A DNA stretch of 64,000 bases, from contig CATNEN010000003.1 of assembly GCA_950097015.1 (NCBI GenBank), forward strand, positions 7,006,001-7,070,000. Reading direction: 5' to 3'. This document shows positions 57,701-64,000 of this stretch, piece after piece (within the stretch, counting starts at the first letter, position 1; each line of letters begins with the position of its first letter). Under the pieces are notes generated by a model that searched no databases, had not been told where the DNA came from, and was given only the letters and a program-made list of their open reading frames with translations. A program made the position numbers and the translations under genes. The DNA is from Macrostomum hystrix. Its lineage: Eukaryota; Animalia; Platyhelminthes.

Positions 57701-59339
57701 GATTATCGTAGCTAAGTACCTAGGATTATCGTTGCTAAGTACCTAGGATTATAGATACATAGATAGATACATTATAGATATTATCGTACCTAGATCGCAG
57801 CTACACACCTACGATTATCGTAGATATACATTTAGGATAATCTTAGATTTGCATTTAGGATTATCGTAGATGTGTACCTAGGATTATCGTAGCTATGTGC
57901 ATAAGATTATAGAATTTTAATGAGGAATATAGTAGCTTTTTATTGGGATTATAGTTGCTATTTGAGTTTATCAACTTTTTGTATTTAGGGATCTAATTAG
58001 AGATTATCGACGATATCTACTTAGAGAGTATCCCATTCGCTCAGGTGCGAAAAGAGGGAGGCACGGATGCAATCGGCGACATCATGCTTCAACACCTGCC
58101 CCAATTAACCTGCTACGTTCGGTTCTGCGGTCGGCAGAGCGCGGCGACACAATTGTTGACCCAGCGAATGAACGCCCTGCCAGAATTGGCCAAATTAATT
58201 CGCACCTGCGAGCAGCAGACCTCAAGCGGCAAGCTGATGGGCCTGATCCAGTACTTTGTCAAGCCAATGCAGAGGATCACTCGATATCCGTTGCTAATTG
58301 AGAAACTGCTCAAAGTTACGCCCGAGTCTCATTCTGATCGAGGCAGCCTTCAGGAGGCCCTAGAAGAGGCTAAGAAATTGTGCCTGACTGTTAACGAGAG
58401 CGTCCGCGAGACGGAAAATTCCGGCAGATTGGAGTGGTGCCAGGTGAGACCTGACAAGTGACTGGGTGTGTGAATAGGTGACTAGGTGTGTGAATAGGTG
58501 AATGTGTGTGTGAATAGGTGACTGTGTGTGAATAGGTGACTGGGTCTGTGAATAGGTGACTAGGTGTGTGAATAGGTGACTGTGTGTGTGAATAGGTGAC
58601 TGGGTCTGTGAATAGGTGACTAGGTGTGTGAATAGGTGACTGTGTGTGTGAATAGGTGACTGGGTGTGTGAATAGGTGACTGTGTGTGTGAATAGGTGAC
58701 TAGGTGTGTGAATAGGTGACTGGGTGTGTGAATAGGTGACTGGGTGTGTGAATTGGTGACTGAGTGTGTGAACATTAGAGTGGGTGTGAACAGATGAATA
58801 GGTGTGTATCTACGTGAATAGGTGAGTGAATCAGAGAATCCTTTAACCAATCGCCTTCGTCAAAAACCAGGACCACATCATCTGCGAAGGCCTGTCCGAG
58901 AAGCTGGTATTCAATTCGCAGACCAACTGCCTGGGCCAACGTCGCCTAGTTCACTGGGGCACTCTGGTGAAGCATCGCGGTGGCAAAGAGTTAGTCGTCT
59001 TCCTATTCAACGACTTCCTACTGCTGACTGCGCCAACATTTAACACCCAGGGCCGGCCGTTTGTGTTTCCCTCTCTAGCCTTGGACGGAAACAGCGCGTC
59101 CAGCGATGCCAGTAACAGCAGCGAGAAGCAGAAATATCGCATGTATAAGAGGCCGATTATACTCAACGATCTCATGGTGGTGCCGGAGCCGGATAGAGAC
59201 AGCGGCAGCGAGCCGCCACTTTTATCCTTCCGCGTGCTGCCTAGCGACGATTGGCTGTTCCGCTGTCAGAGCGCCCAAGATAGGGACCGGTGGAAGGATC
59301 GACTGGCTAAGACTGCCAAGGAGTATCACACTGCTACTG
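32357..59339 (+). CDS. ITSN: Intersectin, long form (2 EH, coiled coil, 5 SH3, DH/RhoGEF, PH); 3' end (C2 domain expected) lies beyond or was not identified in the window
   Basis: Exons 32357-32596, 33947-34264, 35348-35767, 36204-36614, 37354-37514, 39571-40302, 41179-41825, 42252-43030, 46275-46571, 58045-58443 and 58871-59339, all GT/AG and in phase. EH motifs LAKIWQLAD and LAQ|IWSLAD; LEEKRLENFRRGQAELEKRR; five SH3; DH motifs ELTNTENAY and KPMQRITRYPLL; PH motifs FNSQTNCLG and FLFNDFLL. Confidence 0.95.
32600..33920. repeat. 30-bp (12+18) minisatellite filling intersectin intron 1; two subfamilies
   Basis: gagtgacttccagagtgactgctcttatag, then gtgtggcttccggagtgactactgttatag; starts a few nt after the donor. 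Confidence 0.97.
34551..35190. mobile_element. hAT (Charlie-like) MITE with an internal minisatellite
   Basis: Ends CAGGGGTTGGCAAA ... TTTGCCGACCCCTG; degenerate 8-bp TSD gtttagct/gtctagat; subterminal ggccggcgggtcagatgcggccc; interior is a ~16-18-bp tcatctcttccctgt array. Confidence 0.8.
35775..36178. repeat. 23-bp minisatellite (acagactgatacagacactagaa) filling intersectin intron 3
   Basis: About 17 units spanning essentially all of intron 35768-36203. Confidence 0.97.
36635..36760. repeat. ~28-bp minisatellite (tttcgatacatatcggatgaaaaatagt)
   Basis: About 5 units at the start of intron 4. Confidence 0.85.
37001..37333 (+). mobile_element. SINE family A copy
   Basis: Matches 468-790 and 62554-62910; preceded by a family B fragment (gggtaccagcatcagctgg). 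Confidence 0.8.
37638..39530. repeat. 29-bp minisatellite (aatgcccattctgacagtgagattccagg), ~1.9 kb
   Basis: About 65 units; explains the three ~600-aa minus-strand ORFs. Confidence 0.97.
40335..40945. repeat. 20-bp minisatellite (aaatactactcgtgtgctta)
   Basis: About 30 units in intron 6. Confidence 0.95.
41890..42205. repeat. 32-bp minisatellite (caggtccttcaggttaaaatagtgacctactt)
   Basis: About 10 units in intron 7. Confidence 0.93.
43255..44610 (-). mobile_element. IS630/Tc1/mariner superfamily DNA transposon
   Basis: ~42-bp TIRs taggtttttccggtcaagt(g/a)gcagactagcctactc(t/c)agtgc with 2 mismatches; TA flanks (ends ambiguous by 2 bp). Confidence 0.93.
43521..44459 (-). CDS. IS630/Tc1-type DDE transposase (DD35E), N-terminus probably truncated
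   Basis: IFIDEAG, ICDNAPAH and LPPYSPMLNIVE, with 35 residues between the second D and E. The ORF starts at TTG and the first HTH appears incomplete. Confidence 0.85.
   Translation of the reverse strand: MRNDDDREKSAYSIVRRSQQPPRPNRWGGFRTRKMDNDMRATLQQIVEDQPAFTLDQIRRELHLRLPQKPVVGKTTIANALQARLITVKKLEDSPAERNSEGTKHLRREFADWLMNDGIQRGELIFIDEAGVNRFCSRTRGRALRGHRAVRVVGAQRGRNVTICFAVSSVRGLLHHEMMEGGMNDAMFRAFLLQVSAHGMPDAALICDNAPAHRGALGANGPQLLHQQTIRALPPYSPMLNIVENAISCYKAALKRHLEEARPALLQMPHPERMAQLAGFAEVATAAIQPQMVPRWFQRVQRYMPASVVTTF
44733..44920 (+). mobile_element. SINE family B copy (3'-truncated)
   Basis: tRNA-like head tagccttgtagttagagcgtcggactcatgac...gggggttcgtttccagactcc, then ttgcttcagttcacccagctgttaaatgggcaccagc. 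Confidence 0.75.
46608..47547. repeat. 23/24-bp minisatellite (ggattatcgtagctatgtacct / ggatttaacgtagctatgtacct), left part
   Basis: Array in intron 9; resumes at 57658 after the transposon. Confidence 0.97.
48273..48390. repeat. 32-bp tandem repeat (cgctcaactgcacccagccaactgaattctgg), ~4 copies, inside the outer element
   Basis: Directly visible. Confidence 0.85.
48456..48982 (-). pseudogene. Possible frameshifted accessory gene of the outer element; unknown product
   Basis: Two overlapping GC-rich ORFs (48982-48581 with ATG; 48743-48456) with protein-like, helical composition; no family recognised. Confidence 0.35.
51591..53207 (-). CDS. Accessory protein of the inner element (DUF4806/BEN-like C-terminus), 3 exons, 483 aa
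   Basis: Exons 53207-53018, 52935-52831 and 52747-51591 (GT/AG, phase 1-1; 1452 nt). N-terminus WLVVSF.EG.IAVIPSTWL...VYFPP, basic RKRRRP, 14-aa repeats, C-terminus LPI...L..FE..L, IGG, NWAG...K..L, WLK.A. Domain name assigned from memory. Confidence 0.8.
52256..52550. repeat. 42-bp coding tandem repeat (TPSNVATTVAAAGV/L, ~7 copies)
   Basis: In-frame repeat within the accessory gene. Confidence 0.9.
53182..55239 (-). CDS. CMC/EnSpm-type DDE transposase, 685 aa, uninterrupted
   Basis: NIDG...WPI, ICDAPAR, GYHSCDKC, LDVLH...LG, PSEF.RKPR.L..L..WK.AEFR, HSLIHL, FSAFRFE. Confidence 0.92.
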   Translation of the reverse strand: MNQRQLKRSINEIEAKIKDQEKHIENSLSQQIYYLYPLQDESSSGICLSDIDIDIDKILSNFVLEEFSNNGLHLIEVEDTSDVDHFEHEDTLLQHFVDITKEFLSDLSERSESYDKVQSSFKDDLAAWVVEAKVSQVHITSLLHLHAKHFPNLDLPLTASTLLAHSTNAKSYYCSKDIYYVGVQSAIESIIDNSLSSIHTKSNQLTLFLNIDGISFFKSSGYQCWPILGFVPELQSEPFVIQFYYSRDKPNPKQLCSELIKELNHLISSGFDYCGHHYAILTKAIICDAPARCLLKCTKYPTGYHSCDKCKVEGTRCEERSCIVFDEVNADLRTDLEFRLQIDEDHHNEANGLSPFLELNSIDMVASFPLDVLHVAYLGVMRRMMYFWIKEGPYKVRMPSQAIKTLSANLVSLKSHVPSEFCRKPRGLNELCYWKGAEFRSFILYYGIIVLNDASIPKDIYPHFLYFHIAMHLLCGKSAMLSVNVVAATNLLKEFVTKSSGLYGRGFVSNIVHSLIHLPNDCEKFGAVDAFSAFRFESFLQILKNRLCSGNQVIAQLRNRTGEYLMTKRSRAELAVPSHKSTIRVNSRDCFIITRTLQVCLVTEVLPAKFKVMEFTQKEDFYSYPIKSSAVGIFFVKDGCFGAPFDVTDDCILDKACGFPVKKGYVIIPLRLDFPDSHGEKLACC
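57658..57900. repeat. 23-bp minisatellite, right (decaying) part
   Basis: Same ggattatcgtagctatgtacct unit as 46608-47547. Confidence 0.9.
58455..58830. repeat. 20-bp minisatellite (gtgtgtgaataggtgactgg) filling intersectin intron 10
   Basis: About 17 units over intron 58444-58870. Confidence 0.95.
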
Positions 59340-59519
59340 GTGAGTTTGAGATGCTTGCGCAATGCCTGCGGATTGCTCTGTTAGTGCAGTTTGCTAGCTG
59401 TGTTATTGTAGTGCCTCTCTGCGTGACTCTCTGTGCCATTTGCCCGGGCACATGTCAGACTGCTTGGTTGCTTTTCCATTCGCTTCTTGACCTGTGCTTT
59501 CTGACCGCTTGCCCTTTTG

Positions 59520-60590
59520 CTTTTCTGACCCCCAAACCCCTTCTGACCCCCTACCCCATCTGACACCCAACCCCCTTCTGACCCCCAACCCCCTTCTGAC
59601 CCCAAACCCCTTCTGACACCCCAACCCTCTTCTGACCCCCAAATCCTTTCTGACCCCATACCCCATCTGACACGCCAACCCCCTTCTGACGCCCCAAACC
59701 CTATCTGACACCCAACCCCCTTCTGACCCCCAAACCCTTTCTAAACCCCAACCCGCATCTGACGCCCAAACCCACTTCTGACACCCCAACCCCCTTCTGA
59801 CCCCAAACCCTTTCTGACCCCAAACCCCATCTGACACCCCAACCCCCTTCTGACCCCCAACCCTATCTGACACCCAACCCCCTTCTGACCCCCAACCCCC
59901 TATCTGACCCCCAACCCTATCTGACACCCCAACCCCTTCTGACCCCCAACCCCCTTCTGACCCCCAACCCTATCTGACACCCAACCCCCTTCTGACCCCC
60001 AACCCCCTATCTGACCCCCAACCCTATCTGACACCCAACCCCCTTCTGACCCCCAACCCTATCTGACACCCAACCCCCTTCTGATCTGACCCCAAACCCC
60101 TTTCTGACCCCCTACCCCATCAGACACCCCAACCCCTTCTGACCCCAAACCCTTTCTGACCCCAAACCCCATCTGACACCCCAACCCCCTTCTGACCCCC
60201 AACCCCCTTCTGACCCCCAACCCTATCTGACACCCAACCCCCTTCTGACACCCCAACCCCCATCTGACGCCCCAACCCCCTTCTGACCCCCAACCCTATC
60301 TGACACCCAACCCCCTTCTGACCCCCAACCCTATCTGACACCCAACCCCCTTCTGACACCCCAACCCCCATCTGACGCCCCAACCCCCTTCTGACCCCCA
60401 ACCCTATCTGACACCCAACCCCCTTCTGACCTCCTACCCTATCTGACACCCCAACCCCCTTCTGACACCCCAAACCCTATCTGACACCCAACCCCCTTCT
60501 GACACCAGAAACCCCTTCTGACCCCTAACCCCTTTTGATTCCAAGTCGCTTCGGGCTCCCAGCCCCTTCTGACCCCAACACCTTCTGACC
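59520..60590. repeat. C-rich ~18-20-bp minisatellite (cccaacccccttctgac)
   Basis: Visible tandem units; explains the GV/GGQKG ORFs. Confidence 0.95.
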
Positions 60591-62553
60591 CCTTTAATGG
60601 CCTTCTCTTCCCTCGTTAACCCGTTCTTATGATTTATTCATTGTTCCTTTCAATAAATGGATCCAATATTTACATGTTTATAATTAGTCCAGCATTTTAT
60701 CTTTCAAACTAGACCAATAATTTCATTTGCTTTCTTTTAGCAAAATAAAAGTAGTTTAAGAGCTTGCTTAACTATTGCCTATTCTGATAGGAAACAATTT
60801 TCATTTGTTTTCAAAACTTAAAATATCTATTCACAGTTTAGTATTTTGATCTTCACAAACCGTTCAGCACAAACATGTTCACTAATGTGTTCACCAACTA
60901 TTTATTTCATTTTGTTCACATTAATCTGCAGGTCGATTTGGTAAGTGTCTAGTAGATTTGGTCACGCATAGCCTATTCTATCTCTTGGCGGTTAATTGAT
61001 TTAAAAAATGCTATCTATGCGTCCTGTTTTTCTAGAGTTTTTGTGTCCAATTATTTCCTTTCTTTAATTTACAGGTACATGTAAACTTTGATTAACTTAA
61101 TATTGCGCAATCTTAGGTGTGAGTGGAGTAAATAAAAGTCTATAGACAGGCATGACAGTATTGCTATTAAAAATGGTGATTGGGTAGATTATCTTAAAAA
61201 TCAATCACGAACAAATAATCGGTGGTTTGACGGGTTTATTGGCTAGTAAATTGGAGTAACGATGTAAAGTACATTGATTTTTACCGTAAATATGCTTATT
61301 TATATACAATATGGTATATATAGAGAACGTTACTTTAAAATTTAAATCGTTACCCGCTAAAAAATAGGGATGTTTCTTTGGGTGATTCCAGTTGGAAACA
61401 GCCGAACGCTGGAAACATACCAATCGGGTGATTCCATGCTTAGAATCTACCCAACTGGGCGTTTTCTCGGTGCTTCTTGGTGGCGAAATGGAATCACCCA
61501 ACGAATCCTCCAGTTCGGAAGATTCCATGCTCAAAAACCGCCGACGAATCGCCCGTAAATAATTCTCTGGTTGTCCCATGGGCCACTGGTTCGGGTGATT
61601 CTTCGGCGGTTTCCGCACAATTTACGGTTACATCGGCTGCTTCCTCGGTGGTTTCTTCAAGTCTTGCGAGACAGGGGGGATTTTGGTAGATTCCACTCCT
61701 ATTTTGCACAAAAAACCCGCCGAAGAAGCAGCCGAATTTTTCACATGGTATTTGACGGTTAATTAAATGAATGTTCATTCACAATTTTTCTGTTTGTTGT
61801 TGTAACTAAGTTATATTGTATAGCCTAGTGGTCTGATCGTGAAGTAGTTCCCTTATCTGCAAAACTGTGCTCTAGCATATTAAACTACTTGAACTAGTAT
61901 TAAGTAGGACACACAGCGATTATAATAATTATCGGTGTCGTAAAACTAGTTGCTATGGTATGGCAACCGAATTTTACAATAGTAAGAACAGTGTTGTCTC
62001 TAATTTCTTATTGAATAGTTATTAGCTACTGCAAGTAGGAACTTTAGCATTTTTCTGTCAAATTTAAGCTACATTGTGACCAACGCACATTCTACTACAG
62101 TTGAACACAAATTGATTGATTGAATCTACAAGTAAATTTCATTTATTTTTCTAACTAAGAAATCCAAATCCAGAGACGCAATCGAGCTGTGAGTTAGGGA
62201 GAATTTTATGCCCGCCAATGGCATAATGCTGCTTCCACACTTCCATGATGCTTCTATTATTTGTTCCTTGTTAATGTGTTATTAGCCTAATTTAAAAAAA
62301 CATAGCTTGCTTCTCATTGTTCTTAGTTATGACCAAAACAGGTTTCTAACGAATCTTACTATTCAGTCACTAATCACTTCACAGATTAGAATTCTATTCA
62401 AGTACATTATATAGATATAGCCGTTTGCAAGTCTATAATACAAATAATAAATCATTAGTTTGCTCTGTGACATATTTGTAATCTGGCATTACTCAATTTG
62501 CGATAACTGTGTAACAATGGTTGCCTGTTTATTAATACTCGCATGTTCACTTT

Positions 62554-62910
62554 GGGGGTCGGTGGCAAAGAGCTTAACGGGTTCGTCTCTCGCACCAAGG
62601 TCCCTGAGCTCGATTCCACGGCGAGGCCACATTCATTTGGGGCGCAGCCGCGAAGAGAAGGCTTGGGGGCTTGTCGTGCAATTTACGACCTTGAGGGCCA
62701 ACCTCCAAGGCGCATTGAAAGTGTACACTGCCTGACGATGAGAAAGTCAGGGCAGATGTACACACCTGTGTGAGTGTGTCTGCGTACAGCATCTCTGTGC
62801 GTGTGTGCTCAGGAGTCAGCGAAATGGGCAGAATTGCCTCCTCGCTGGCTGCGGGTCTAGTGTCACCAAATAATGTGCCATTGCCCGCAGCCCTCCTGCA
62901 ATTATCATAA
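62554..62910 (+). mobile_element. SINE family A copy, near full length
   Basis: Head gggggtcggtggcaaagagc...gctcgattccacggcgagg, tail gcagccctcctgcaattatcataat. Confidence 0.8.
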
Positions 62911-64000
62911 TACTATTTTTGTTATGTTCACGTAAAATTTAGTTTATAAAAATATTTGACAACTTTTGATCTGATGCTCGTGAAATGCCATGTTTTCTGT
63001 TGCTTGAAAATAAAGTTTTATTAAACAGTTTTAATCTTACTTCTAAGAACTAGGAATCAAAGTCAGAAATTTAATTAGGTGTAACTGCCTATGTAGTCCG
63101 TGGACGTATCTTTTATTCTGTCTCAATAATTAATGCACATTTCTACTACTATTACCTCATAATTTACTTAAATAGTCTGTTTCAAATCCTCATTCTTATC
63201 TGACCTTTGAAAACATAATAATAAGTATTTAGACAATGCAATACTATAATGTCTAAAATATTGTTGCTTAAATACGTGTCTGCAAACATTAAAATAGATT
63301 TGGAAAATGTGATAGTTTTGTTTCATCCTTTGCGTTTTCCTCGTTTCTCATTGCTTTTTAGAGAAATTGGCGATCGAAAGTAAATGAAAAGACGCAGGTT
63401 CACTATCTTGATGATTAAGTGTTTTGTTTTCAGTATTGTTACAATTAAATTAATTTTACTTTTAATCCGTTAATATTTAGTTTTTACTCATTATCAATCA
63501 ATTCTAACAGATTATACGTTTTGTAAATCAAATCATTTTTTCTAATCCCTGACCTGTGCAATTAAGACGTTAAGTGTGCATTATATTTATTTTTAATCTA
63601 ACACCTTTTTGGACATGAACAAAAATATGGATTTCTCGATTCTCAATACTCTTATGAGAAAATGATAACTGAAATTCTTATGGAAATAGTAACTAAATTT
63701 TAATACGTACTCGTTTTTGCATTAGTTAAATAAAATTAACCTTTAGAATTAAATTTTATTAGTTGGTTAATCATGTACGTAGATAATTTAACCAATACTT
63801 TCTTCGAGTATGATGCTAATAGGTATGTGTCGATTTTTGATCTTCGGTGTTGAAAGTTAAAATCAAAAAATTTTCTAAAAATTGCACGTTTTTATTCAGT
63901 CTCTATTTTCTATTGTCTGGCTTTCATTAACCCTCCAATTATATTATTGACTAGCTCATATCAGTCGGTCTTCCTTATTAGCTGGCTTTTATCAACCCTC

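Noticed and set aside
59403-60590. Telomeric repeat or Gly-rich protein
   Set aside because: The unit is ~18-20 bp, not TTAGGG; the ORFs are repeat translations.

Overview
Eukaryotic (animal) genomic DNA with GT-AG introns; no bacterial features. I hand-spliced four genes. (1) A minus-strand SATB/dve (Compass/ULD-domain) homolog runs off the left edge. (2) A FAM135-family gene (~1111 aa) has two duplicated, apparently mutually exclusive first coding exons. (3) A Na+/K+-ATPase beta subunit (306 aa). (4) A long-form intersectin (EH-EH-coiled coil-5xSH3-DH-PH) runs off the right edge. Most introns hold their own unrelated minisatellite, and most long ORFs in the supplied track are just translations of these arrays. 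Mobile DNA: two tRNA-derived SINE families, two hAT MITEs, an IS630/Tc1-type element, and a three-level nest in intersectin intron 9. In that nest a minisatellite is interrupted by a 10.1-kb decayed CMC/EnSpm-type element, whose transposase is interrupted by an intact-looking 5.5-kb two-gene CMC/EnSpm-type element. The overall style (minisatellite-filled introns, poly-Q/poly-A proteins) suggests a free-living flatworm such as Macrostomum, but that is inference only. All coordinates and family assignments were made by eye, without database searches.
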